A stretch of DNA of 64,000 nt. Origin: an uncultured virus (IMG/VR IMGVR_UViG_3300049215_000844). Its lineage: Duplodnaviria; Heunggongvirae; Uroviricota; Caudoviricetes. The position numbers were made by a program, and so were the translations under genes. Below, in pieces: positions 9,749 to 18,259 of the stretch; position 1 is the stretch's first letter; every line of letters begins with the position of its first letter. The DNA lies in the IMG/VR virus record IMGVR_UViG_3300049215_000844; one strand, written 5' to 3'. Under the pieces are notes generated by a model. It had not been told where the DNA came from. It saw only the letters and a list, made by a program, of their open reading frames with translations, and made no database searches.

Positions 9749-10051
9749 TCATCTAAGCATTCGCAGCCATACGGCGCAGTCGTTGTCGTATCCAGCCCAA
9801 CGCAGACCAAGCGTGTTTCCTTTGGAATCGACGTGCGCTTCGATTCTGCAGTCTCGATTTGGCGGCGTGTTTTCCCAAACGAGAATTGTCCCGCCATCGG
9901 CCCCGACTTTGCGCGTAGGCACACCCCATCGCTGCACGATGAGTTCTGCAGGCTTCCCCTGATACTGAGGCACGACTTGTTCGGCATCCGTTTTGGCCGT
10001 CTCGCATCCCGCCAATGCCAGCGTGAGGAGCACTAGAAATGGCCTTCGCAT
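9749..10051 (-). CDS. Small lipoprotein inserted antisense in the virion operon
   Basis: MRRPFLVLLTLALAGC lipobox signal; visibly lower GC. Confidence 0.6.
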   Translation of the reverse strand: MRRPFLVLLTLALAGCETAKTDAEQVVPQYQGKPAELIVQRWGVPTRKVGADGGTILVWENTPPNRDCRIEAHVDSKGNTLGLRWAGYDNDCAVWLRMLR

Positions 10052-11646
10052 TTCCCGACTATCGAATCCCGCAGGTGAGTCCGCAAGCGGCGGCCGTCCC
10101 GAAGCTCGACATCGCCGCGCCCGCCCTGGCCTTCGGCGGCAATATCGGCACCGAGCTGCAGCAGGCCGGCCAGGCGACACAGAAGGCGGTCGATGGCCTG
10201 CTCGAGGTCGCGCGCCGCGGGCAGACGCCGGCCGACGAGACGCGCGTCGAGCAGGAGGTGAACGCCTTCATGGCTGCCGGCCAGCAGGCCCTCTATTTCG
10301 GCGACAAGGCGTTCATGCACCTGAAGGGCCAGCAGGCCATCGATGCGGCACCGGCGCTGCTCGCCCGCTTCGACGAGCTGCGCCGGCAGGCGCTCGGCCG
10401 CATGGCCAACGACAACCAGCGTCGCCTGCTCTCGCAACGACTCGACGCGCAATACAAAGAGTTGCAATCACACATCAACGGCCGGCTCGGCACCGAGGTC
10501 CAGCGCGAGAAGGTCGCCACCGCCGACCAGCGCGCGCAGCTCAACATCCGCGAAAGCCGGCAGGGCTGGGCCGATCCCGGGCGCGTCGACGGGCTGGCCC
10601 AGGCGCAGGCCGGCGTCGCGACGGAGCAGGCGCAGCTCAAGTTCGGCGCCGCGCCCGACAGCGATGTCGCCCGCAGCCTGGCGGAAGGGGCGCGGGCCGA
10701 AGTGTACCGGGCGGCCCTCGGCGGCATGCTGGAGGCCGGCCGGCCGCAGCTCGCGCTCGGCCTGTGGGACCGAGTCAAGGACACGCCGGGATTCAAGGGC
10801 GACGACGCGACGGCCGCCCTGATGCATGGCGTCGGCGACCGGATCGTGGCCGGCGCGGCCATCGACGAGGAACTCGCCAGGATCGGGTCCGCGCCGCTCG
10901 GCGACAGCTTCAGGACCGACCTCGATGCCCGCCATGCCCGGCTGGTGCAGGCGATGGAGAATCGCAACGATCTCGATCCTGCGCAACGCAACGCGGCGCT
11001 CACCCGGCTCGACAGGATGCATGTCGAGGCCGTGAGCCGGCACGAAGTCGCGCTGAGGAGCCTGGTCGACGAGGCCGATGCGGCGCGCCGTGGCTTCGCC
11101 CTCGATCCGGCGAGCCTGCCGCCCGACGCGCTGGCCGGCTTCGCCGCGCGGGCGGCGGCGCTGGGCGAGCCGGAGCTGGCGGCGCGATACCGCGCGCTGG
11201 CGGGCGGGCAGGGCACGCTCGCCGACACGATCCAGTCGCCGCCCGCCGACCAGCAGCGGCAGATCGCCCGGATCGAGGCGGCGGGCGCGGACGATCCGAA
11301 CGCGGCGCTGGTCGGTGCGCTGAAGGAGATCGTCGGCCATCAGCAGGCGGCCTTCGCGCACGACGCGCTCCTGGCCGGATCGCGCCTCTATGCCGCCGAT
11401 CTCGGACCGCTGCCGCCGATCGACGACCTGGCGGCGCGCGCCGCCTATGCCGCGCATGTCAGCGCCCGGCGCGGCGGCATCGATGTCCTGCCGTTCACGC
11501 AGGCGGAGATCGCAGGCCTGCGCCAGCGGCTCGACACGGCGCCTCCCGCCGAACGGGAGCGCATCGTGCGCGCGCTGGCGGTGCTGCCGGCCGCGCCGGC
11601 GGCGACATCGCCGGCGCCCGAAGGGCAGGGCGCTACCCTCGGGTGA
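10039..11646 (+). CDS. Internal virion (ejection) protein, possibly C-terminally truncated
   Basis: N-terminal PDYRIPQVSP, LKGQQAID; helical; synteny after the small internal protein. Confidence 0.6.
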   Translation: MAFAFPDYRIPQVSPQAAAVPKLDIAAPALAFGGNIGTELQQAGQATQKAVDGLLEVARRGQTPADETRVEQEVNAFMAAGQQALYFGDKAFMHLKGQQAIDAAPALLARFDELRRQALGRMANDNQRRLLSQRLDAQYKELQSHINGRLGTEVQREKVATADQRAQLNIRESRQGWADPGRVDGLAQAQAGVATEQAQLKFGAAPDSDVARSLAEGARAEVYRAALGGMLEAGRPQLALGLWDRVKDTPGFKGDDATAALMHGVGDRIVAGAAIDEELARIGSAPLGDSFRTDLDARHARLVQAMENRNDLDPAQRNAALTRLDRMHVEAVSRHEVALRSLVDEADAARRGFALDPASLPPDALAGFAARAAALGEPELAARYRALAGGQGTLADTIQSPPADQQRQIARIEAAGADDPNAALVGALKEIVGHQQAAFAHDALLAGSRLYAADLGPLPPIDDLAARAAYAAHVSARRGGIDVLPFTQAEIAGLRQRLDTAPPAERERIVRALAVLPAAPAATSPAPEGQGATLG

Positions 11647-11694
11647 TCGGCGGCGGCCTCGGCGGACTCCGGGACGCTTTCCTCCGGGCCGCCC

Positions 11695-12357
11695 TCAGGC
11701 GCGTCTCTCGAAGAAGACGAACCGGCCGCCGCCCGTCGTCCGCGGATTTTCGTAGCGCGGTCTGCCCCAGGTCATGAAGACCTCCGGGGCCCGATAGCCC
11801 AGCCTTTCGATCCTGCCGGCCAGTTCGTCCCACAGATCGGGGACGGCGCGGGGGCGGACGAAGCGCACCAGGTCCATGACGATGCCGCCGTAGCCCGCGC
11901 AGCCGGCGACGATCTCGGCCTCCCGCGCGTCGGTCTCGGTGCGCATGAAATTGCAGAAGACGAGCACCGTGTCGCGGTCCGGCACGAGCTGCGGGTCCGG
12001 GAACAGCGCCTGCAGCGTCGTCAGGGGATAGTCGTTGTCCAGCGTCGCGTACAGCTCCCGCATGGCGGCGATCACCAGTCGGTCCTGCTCGACGGCCACC
12101 GCGTTCATCCCGTTGGCGGCCAGCAGCAGCGCCAGCTGGCCGATGCCCGCTCCGACGTCGAGGTAGCGGCGGTAGCGCCTGCGCGCCGCCAGGAACTCCA
12201 CGATCGGCTGCTCGTAGTTGTTGAAGCCGACCCCGCGCTGCGCGAACCCCTCATAGTAATTCTTGAGTCCGCCCGGGCCGGCCCCCATCGCGGCGATGCG
12301 CGAGCGCAGGAAGTCGACGATCGGCCCGTTCAGCCGATCCGCCGTTACCGCGAGCAT
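11695..12357 (-). CDS. Class I SAM-dependent methyltransferase, copy 1 (220 aa)
   Basis: YLDVGAGIG motif I; paralog of the adjacent gene. Confidence 0.75.
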   Translation of the reverse strand: MLAVTADRLNGPIVDFLRSRIAAMGAGPGGLKNYYEGFAQRGVGFNNYEQPIVEFLAARRRYRRYLDVGAGIGQLALLLAANGMNAVAVEQDRLVIAAMRELYATLDNDYPLTTLQALFPDPQLVPDRDTVLVFCNFMRTETDAREAEIVAGCAGYGGIVMDLVRFVRPRAVPDLWDELAGRIERLGYRAPEVFMTWGRPRYENPRTTGGGRFVFFERRA

Positions 12358-12382
12358 GGCAGCGGACCCAGGTTGCGCATTC

Positions 12383-13045
12383 TCAGGCGCGGCTCTCGAA
12401 GAAGGCATAGCGGCCGCCCAACGATTCGCGCGGCTTGTCGTAGCGCGGCTTGCCCCAGCTCTTGAAAATCTCCGGCGGCCGGTAGCCGAGGCCTTCGATC
12501 CTGCCGGACAGTTCGTCCCACAATTCGGGCACCGCGCGGGCGCGGACGAAGCGCACCAGGTCCATGACGATGCCGCCGTAGCCGGCGCAACCGGCAACGA
12601 CCTCGGCTTCCCGCTCGTCGGTCTCGGTGCGGATGAAATTGGAGAAGACGAGGATCGTGTCCCGGTCCGGCGCCAACTGGGGATCCGGAAACAGCGCCTG
12701 CAGCGACGTCAGGGGATAGTCCCTGCCCAGCGTCGAGAACAGGTCCTGCATGGCGGCGACCACGCGCCGGTTCTGGTCGACGCCCACCGCCGTCATCCCG
12801 TTGGCCGCCAGCAGCAGCGCGATCTGGCCGATGCCCGCGCCGATGTCCAGGTAGCGGCCGTAGCGCCGTCGCGCCGCCAGGAACTCCGCGATCGGCTGCT
12901 CGTAGCCGCTGAAGCCGATGCCGCGCCTGGCGAAGCCCTCGTAATAGGTCTCGAGCCCCGCCGGACCGGCTCCCATGGCATCGATGCGGGCGCGCAGGAA
13001 GTCGACGATCGGTCCGTTCAGTTGATCGGACGTTACGGTGAGCAT
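12383..13045 (-). CDS. Class I SAM-dependent methyltransferase, copy 2 (220 aa)
   Basis: YLDIGAGIG motif I; same length and colinear with copy 1. Confidence 0.75.
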   Translation of the reverse strand: MLTVTSDQLNGPIVDFLRARIDAMGAGPAGLETYYEGFARRGIGFSGYEQPIAEFLAARRRYGRYLDIGAGIGQIALLLAANGMTAVGVDQNRRVVAAMQDLFSTLGRDYPLTSLQALFPDPQLAPDRDTILVFSNFIRTETDEREAEVVAGCAGYGGIVMDLVRFVRARAVPELWDELSGRIEGLGYRPPEIFKSWGKPRYDKPRESLGGRYAFFESRA

Positions 13046-13128
13046 GGCGGCTGGCTCTAGCACACGCCCGGCGCGGCGTCGATTGCCGTTGCGAATGCGA
13101 TGCAACCGAAGGTTTAGACCCCGGATTT

Positions 13129-13186
13129 TCGAACAGTTGGCGACCATAATAGGGTCGGGCGGGAAGCCGGCCCTATACCCTGCGGG
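13129..13186 (+). promoter_or_regulatory. Second copy of the conserved motif TCGAACAGTTGGCGACCATAATAGGGT with putative -10 (TATACC 13174-13179)
   Basis: Matches 879-905 at 26/27 positions; precedes the tailspike-lysis unit. Confidence 0.7.
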
Positions 13187-13315
13187 ATGAAGAACCTCCC
13201 GCTCCGCCCCATCCCGCGCCGCCCCAGCCCGCGCCGCCCCATTCCGCTCTGCCCCAGCCCGCGCCGCCACCGCCTGCGGCGCGCCGCCGCCCTCCGTCAG
13301 GGAGGGCTCGCATGA
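13187..13315 (+). CDS. Putative 42-aa Arg/Pro-rich leader peptide coupled (ATGA) to the tailspike gene
   Basis: MKNLPLRPIPRRPSPRRPIPLCPSPRR..GGLA; contains four 15-bp tandem units (13206-13265). Confidence 0.35.
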   Translation: MKNLPLRPIPRRPSPRRPIPLCPSPRRHRLRRAAALRQGGLA

Positions 13316-16089
13316 CCGTGTCGAGCACCTCCTCGCGCGTCGTCTATTCGGGCGACGGCGCGACCACGGCCTGGCCGTTCGCCTTCAGGATCGACGCCGC
13401 CGCCGACATCGTCGTCGTCCTGACCGATGCCGACGGGATCGACCACACGCTCGCCTACGGCAGCCAGTACGCCGTCGCGGGCTTCGGTTCGGAGGCCGGC
13501 GGCACGGTGACCTGTCCGCTTTCGGGCGCGCCCAACGCTGCCGGCACACGGCTCACGATCTACCGCGACGTGGCGGCGACGCAGCCGGCCGCGCTCTCCA
13601 ACCAGGGCGCGATGTGGCCCGGCGTGATCGAGGCGGCGCTCGACCGGCTCACCTTCATCGCCCAGAAACTGGCCGACGGGCTGTCGCGCTCGCTGTCGGT
13701 GGCGCCGACCGACCTGCCGGCGCTCGACGCGCTGCCCAACGGCACGGCGCGCGCCAACAAGGTGCTGGCCTTCGATGCCGCCGGCCAGCCCAACCTGATC
13801 CCGCAGGCCGCGGTGGCCGGCGATGCCGGCGGCACCACGGTGCTGGCGGCCGGCAGCACGGTCGCCCGCCCGCTGGCCGAGCGTTTCGGCGAGGTGCTGA
13901 ACGTCAGGGATTTCGGCGCCGCCGGCGACGGCGGCAGCGACGACACCGCGGCGATCAACGCGGCGCTGGCGATCGGCGGCGCGGTCGTGTTCCCGCCCGG
14001 CACCTACCTGGTGGGCAACCTCGCCTGCACGGTGTCCGGCAGCACGCTGCATTTCATGCCGGGCGCGGAGCTGGTCGACCGGGCCGGCACGACCGGCGCG
14101 CTGCTCTCGACCACGGGCGACGACATCGGCATCCTGGGCCTCAGCGCCACGGTCACGCGGTCGCCGGCGCTGCTCTACACCGTGCTGATGCACGGCAACC
14201 GCAGCATCTTCCAGCGCGGCCGCCTGACTGGCGCGATCGTCAACCCGAACCTGCCGAACAGCTATCCGGCGCCGTCGCGCCACCTCGAGATCCGCGGCGC
14301 CTCGCCGACCCAGTACGCCGACTGCCTGATCGACGACGTGATCGTCACGGGCGGCCAGTCGGGCCTGCGCATCGAGGGCGGCGTGCGGCTCACGATGCGC
14401 GACGTCAAGGCGCTGTGGTGCGCCTGGCACGGCTGCGTGCTGGGCGACGGCCTGCCGGTCAGCCGCACCACGGTGTCGAACTTCCTCGCCGTCGGCTGCG
14501 GGCTGTACGGCCTCACGCTGGGCGCCCTGACCTCGGGCGCGTCGGTCTCTCCCTATCCCTACCGGGACGTCGTGCTCGACGGCTTGATGGCGGTCGGCTG
14601 CGGCTGGAACGCCTACCTCTCGGGCAACGACGCGGCCGTCGGCGCCGGCAAGTACGGCTTCGACATCACGAGCTCGGGGGTCAACAGCGTGGTGGTGCGC
14701 GCCCACGCCTTCCATTGCTGCGAGGGCGGCCTGGAGGCCAAGGGTGCGGTGCCCTCCATCACGATCACGCCGGCCGGCTATCACAACGTCGACATCGAGC
14801 TCGACGAATTCAGCTCGCGCAACTCGGGCGCGGGACTGATCGTCGTCAACAACGAGGCGGCCACCCTTCCGTCGAGCTACCAGTCGTCGATCCGCGCCGT
14901 GGCCAACACGACCTACGTGCAGGCGCCGGCCTGGACCGCCGCGATGCCCTATCAGCCGTTCGACATCGTCGCCTCGGACGGCAGCCAGTGGCTCTGCCTC
15001 GGCAAGCCGGGCGACGGCAGCGGAGCCGGCGCCGGCCCGACCGCCCCGGCCTCCGGCGCCACGGTGCGGCTGCAGACGAACGCCGCCACGTCGAGCGGCG
15101 CGGTCCTGCATTTCGCCTCGACCGCGGGCATCGGCGACGGCATGACCATCTTCGCCGGCCCCCGGCTGGCGGACGGCGCCACGGTGATCGGTCACGACGG
15201 CACGACCGTCATCGCCAGCAGCAACGTCGCGGGCGCCGGCATCGCCGCCAATGCGTGGGTGATCTGCGCCACCGTCAGGAACGACGGCGTCCTGAACTGG
15301 CTCTGCATCGGCAGCGATCCCGGATATCCCTCGGACAGCCGGATCGGCGTCAAGATCACGTCGTCGGCCAACGTCATCCTGACCCTGGCCAGCCTCGGCA
15401 ACTACTGGGGGCTGGTGCCCAGCATGGCCGATTCGTCGGACAACACGATCTCCAACCTGTCGGTGGGAGGCGTCATCAAGGACGCCGCCTACGGCGTGGA
15501 GACCGACGGCACCGGCACCATCAGCGGCATGACGCTGCACGACATGGACATCGAGGCGCGCTATCCGCTCTATGTCGGCAAGGCGGGCTGCACCGAATCG
15601 ATCCGCGCGGTGTCGAGCCGGCTGCGCGCGAACGCCGCGTCGGGCGCCGCGCAGGCGATCAGCAGCAGGGGCGGCACCCTCACGCTGGCGCTCGAGAACG
15701 TGCGTGTCTCGGCCGCCACCCAGGCCGTCTACCTGTCGTCGGCCGGCACCCACACCATCACGGCGGACAACGTCTCGTTCGCCACGGATGCGGGCTCGGG
15801 GCTGCCGCTGCAGCTCGACGGCACGACGACGATGAAGTTCGGCGCGGGCTGCGCGATCGACAACGGCAACCCGGCTTCCTATCCGGGCTACCGCTCGCTG
15901 GCCGGCGCGCTCACCGTGCAGGGCCGCGCGCTGCGCGTCGACCAGACCGCGGCGCCCTCGACCGGCACGCGCGGCAATGTCGGCGAGGTCGTCGAGCCGT
16001 CCGGCCCCGGCTCGGCCGACCGCCATGTCTGCACCGCCGCGGATTTCGCAACGCCGACCTTCACCTGGAAATCGGTCGGCCTGTCCTAG
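13312..16089 (+). CDS. Tail fibre/tailspike with T7-type anchor and beta-helix (pectate lyase-like) domain
   Basis: YSGDGATTAWPFAF anchor, EAALDRLTFIAQ, LNVRDFGAAGDGGSDDTAAINAAL, VVFPPGTYLV. Confidence 0.85.
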   Translation: MTVSSTSSRVVYSGDGATTAWPFAFRIDAAADIVVVLTDADGIDHTLAYGSQYAVAGFGSEAGGTVTCPLSGAPNAAGTRLTIYRDVAATQPAALSNQGAMWPGVIEAALDRLTFIAQKLADGLSRSLSVAPTDLPALDALPNGTARANKVLAFDAAGQPNLIPQAAVAGDAGGTTVLAAGSTVARPLAERFGEVLNVRDFGAAGDGGSDDTAAINAALAIGGAVVFPPGTYLVGNLACTVSGSTLHFMPGAELVDRAGTTGALLSTTGDDIGILGLSATVTRSPALLYTVLMHGNRSIFQRGRLTGAIVNPNLPNSYPAPSRHLEIRGASPTQYADCLIDDVIVTGGQSGLRIEGGVRLTMRDVKALWCAWHGCVLGDGLPVSRTTVSNFLAVGCGLYGLTLGALTSGASVSPYPYRDVVLDGLMAVGCGWNAYLSGNDAAVGAGKYGFDITSSGVNSVVVRAHAFHCCEGGLEAKGAVPSITITPAGYHNVDIELDEFSSRNSGAGLIVVNNEAATLPSSYQSSIRAVANTTYVQAPAWTAAMPYQPFDIVASDGSQWLCLGKPGDGSGAGAGPTAPASGATVRLQTNAATSSGAVLHFASTAGIGDGMTIFAGPRLADGATVIGHDGTTVIASSNVAGAGIAANAWVICATVRNDGVLNWLCIGSDPGYPSDSRIGVKITSSANVILTLASLGNYWGLVPSMADSSDNTISNLSVGGVIKDAAYGVETDGTGTISGMTLHDMDIEARYPLYVGKAGCTESIRAVSSRLRANAASGAAQAISSRGGTLTLALENVRVSAATQAVYLSSAGTHTITADNVSFATDAGSGLPLQLDGTTTMKFGAGCAIDNGNPASYPGYRSLAGALTVQGRALRVDQTAAPSTGTRGNVGEVVEPSGPGSADRHVCTAADFATPTFTWKSVGLS

Positions 16090-16102
16090 AGGAGCAAACG
16101 CC

Positions 16103-16681
16103 ATGGATTACCCTGTTTCCGGCAAGGCACCCGACGTCGCCGGCGCGACGGTCCCGCACGTCCTGAGCGGCGGCCTGGCGGTCCCGGTCGGCGCGGCCTC
16201 GCCGCTGATCACCGCGCCCAACAGCCTGATCGTGCGGGGCACGCAGGCCTTCTCCGGCACGTCCTACGCCGCGGGCAAGTGCATCGGCGGCAAGATCGCC
16301 ATCGCCACCGGGCTCAAGGCGGGGACGGCGCTCTATATCGGCAGCCTCGATCGCTTCGGGGTCGCCTTCCTGGGGACCAACGTGACGGCCTCGCAAAGCC
16401 TGGGCTGCGCGATCTTCGAGCAGGACCCCTCCGGCTCGACCCTGGCGGACGGAAGCACGGCCGGCGTCGCCGCCGCCGACATCCCCAAGCGCGCCTACGG
16501 CGCCTCGGCGGCCGTCACCGACATCAAGGACGGCATCGCTTTCTATGCCTTCAACCTGCCGCCGCGCCTGACGGTCGACGCCGCCGGCGCGATCTACGTC
16601 GCGATCGTCAACGCCTCGGCGGCGGCCATGACCTTCGCCGCCGGCGACACGCTCTACTGGCGGCTGATGCTCGGCTACTGA
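16103..16681 (+). CDS. Hypothetical beta-rich protein (tail-associated?)
   Basis: GAGGAG RBS, in operon between tailspike and holin. Confidence 0.55.
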   Translation: MDYPVSGKAPDVAGATVPHVLSGGLAVPVGAASPLITAPNSLIVRGTQAFSGTSYAAGKCIGGKIAIATGLKAGTALYIGSLDRFGVAFLGTNVTASQSLGCAIFEQDPSGSTLADGSTAGVAAADIPKRAYGASAAVTDIKDGIAFYAFNLPPRLTVDAAGAIYVAIVNASAAAMTFAAGDTLYWRLMLGY

Positions 16682-16696
16682 TCCGGAGGACCGACC

Positions 16697-17029
16697 ATGC
16701 GGCTCGACGACTGGAGCGCGGCGGTCGCGCTCTACATGCCCCCGGCGGCGCTCGGCACGCTGCTCGGCTTCGCCTACGCGCGCGAGATGACGTCGCGCCA
16801 GAAGATCATCTACGGCCTGACGGCGGCGCCGCTCGCGGCGTACGGCGCGGCGGCCACCAAGGAGATCTTCCATTTCGGCGACTGGACGCTCGGCCTGCTG
16901 GCGATCCTCTACGCCGTCGCCGGCATGGACGCGATCGGCGGCCTCGTGATGTTCGGGCGGAAGTTCCGCGACGACCCGATCGGCACGATCCGCAGCGTGC
17001 TGGCGCTGTGGCGGGGGACGTCGTCGTGA
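16697..17029 (+). CDS. Putative holin
   Basis: Small protein with about three hydrophobic segments directly upstream of the lysozyme. Confidence 0.6.
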   Translation: MRLDDWSAAVALYMPPAALGTLLGFAYAREMTSRQKIIYGLTAAPLAAYGAAATKEIFHFGDWTLGLLAILYAVAGMDAIGGLVMFGRKFRDDPIGTIRSVLALWRGTSS

Positions 17030-17102
17030 CCTTCGAATTCGTCCTCGCGGCGGCGCTGCTCGCCGCCTATCTCGCGGTGAAGCACCGGCGATGGAGAGCC
17101 CG

Positions 17103-17543
17103 ATGCAAGTGAGCGGACGCGGCCTGGCGCTGACCATGGCGAGCGAGGGGCTGCGCACGGAAGCCTATCGCGACGGGGCCGGCGTGCCGACCATCGGCTA
17201 CGGGCACACGGCGGGCGTCCGTCTGGGCGACACCTGCACGCCGGAGCAGGCGGCCGACTGGCTGCGCGCCGACCTCGGCATTGCCGAGGCCGCCGTCGAC
17301 CGGCTGGTCCGGGCGCCGATCGGGCAGCACCATTTCGACGCGCTGGCCGATTTCGCCTTCAATCTCGGCGCGGCCAACCTCGGCGGCTCGACCCTGCTGC
17401 GCAGGCTGAACGCCGGCGACCTGGCGGGAGCGGCAGCGGAATTCCCGCGCTGGGTGCATGATGCGCTGGGCCGTGTCGAGCCCGGCCTGGTGACGCGCCG
17501 CAACCGCGAGAGGCAACTGTTCGAGACAGGAGACTGGTCATGA
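17103..17543 (+). CDS. Phage lysozyme (GH24 endolysin)
   Basis: EGLRTEAYRDGAGVPTIGYGHT (E-D-T triad), FDALADFAFNLG, GLVTRRNRERQLF. Confidence 0.93.
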   Translation: MQVSGRGLALTMASEGLRTEAYRDGAGVPTIGYGHTAGVRLGDTCTPEQAADWLRADLGIAEAAVDRLVRAPIGQHHFDALADFAFNLGAANLGGSTLLRRLNAGDLAGAAAEFPRWVHDALGRVEPGLVTRRNRERQLFETGDWS

Positions 17544-17686
17544 AGGACCTACTGATCTTCCTTGCCGGCATCGCCGTCGCCGTGGGGCTGCTGGTCACGC
17601 CGCTCCGGCGCCAGGCGTTCAAGGCGCTGGCGTGGGCGTGGGGCGGGACGGTCGAGCCCGTGCTGAAGTGGCTGTTCCGGCGATGA
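17540..17686 (+). CDS. Small membrane protein in lysis cassette
   Basis: ATGA-coupled; MKDLLIFLAGIAVAVGLLV hydrophobic segment. Confidence 0.5.
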   Translation: MKDLLIFLAGIAVAVGLLVTPLRRQAFKALAWAWGGTVEPVLKWLFRR

Positions 17687-17696
17687 GGGCGCGCAA

Positions 17697-18053
17697 GTGA
17701 ATCCGCTGGCGCTCCTCAGGCTTTCGCCGCTCGGGCTGGCGCCGTGGGCGATCGCGGCGCTGGCCGTGGTGGCGGGCGGCGCCGGCACGCTGTGGTATCG
17801 CGGCGCCTATCACGCGCTCGAGGCGAGCATCGCCCGGGCCGTCGCCGAACAGCAGGAGAAGGACCGCGCGCTCGGCGAACGGCTCCTCGCGGAGCAGCGC
17901 GCCAGCCTGAACGCGCTGCACGACAAGACCCTGGCCTCTCTCAAGGTGGTTTCCGATGCGCCCGTTACGTCCACTTGCGGCCCTGTGCAGCGCGACGCTT
18001 CTCGCGGCGTGCGCGCCATCCTTGGTGGCGGTGCCGCGCCATCCCGACCCTGA
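17697..18053 (+). CDS. Inner-membrane spanin (Rz-like)
   Basis: N-terminal TM helix, coiled-coil, late Cys; overlapped by a lipoprotein gene. Confidence 0.7.
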   Translation: MNPLALLRLSPLGLAPWAIAALAVVAGGAGTLWYRGAYHALEASIARAVAEQQEKDRALGERLLAEQRASLNALHDKTLASLKVVSDAPVTSTCGPVQRDASRGVRAILGGGAAPSRP

Positions 18054-18207
18054 CCTGCTCGCGGCCTGCGTCGATCCCGTGCTGGTCGCCGACCCTGACG
18101 GGGCGAGCGACAACGAGATCGCCGGCGAGCGCATCCGCGTCGCCGAGGCCTACATGGCCTGCAAGCAGCGGCACGCCGCGCTCGCCCGCTGGGTGAAGGG
18201 CGGGTAG
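17956..18207 (+). CDS. Outer-membrane spanin lipoprotein (Rz1-like)
   Basis: Lipobox LLAAC, P.PDLLAAC..P..CKQRHAAL; overlaps the 3' end of the Rz-like gene. Confidence 0.75.
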   Translation: MRPLRPLAALCSATLLAACAPSLVAVPRHPDPDLLAACVDPVLVADPDGASDNEIAGERIRVAEAYMACKQRHAALARWVKGG

Positions 18208-18259
18208 CTCGCGCCAGCCTGCCGTTCGGACGCGCAGCAGGGCGCGGCCGGGCGGCCGC

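Larger units (their letters stand above)
937..18207 (+). mobile_element. Podovirus-type (BPP-1/epsilon15-like) virion and lysis gene cluster without terminase, integrase or replication genes; prophage remnant or GTA-like element
   Basis: Gene order portal-Bbp19-like-scaffold-capsid-cement-adaptor-nozzle-internal proteins-tailspike-lysis; flanked directly by host-type genes. Confidence 0.85.

Noticed and set aside
11695..16089. Diversity-generating retroelement (expected in some BPP-1-like phages), with the duplicated genes as TR/VR
   Set aside because: No reverse transcriptase is present; the duplication covers two whole methyltransferase genes with differences not confined to adenines, and I saw no repeat of the tailspike 3' end.
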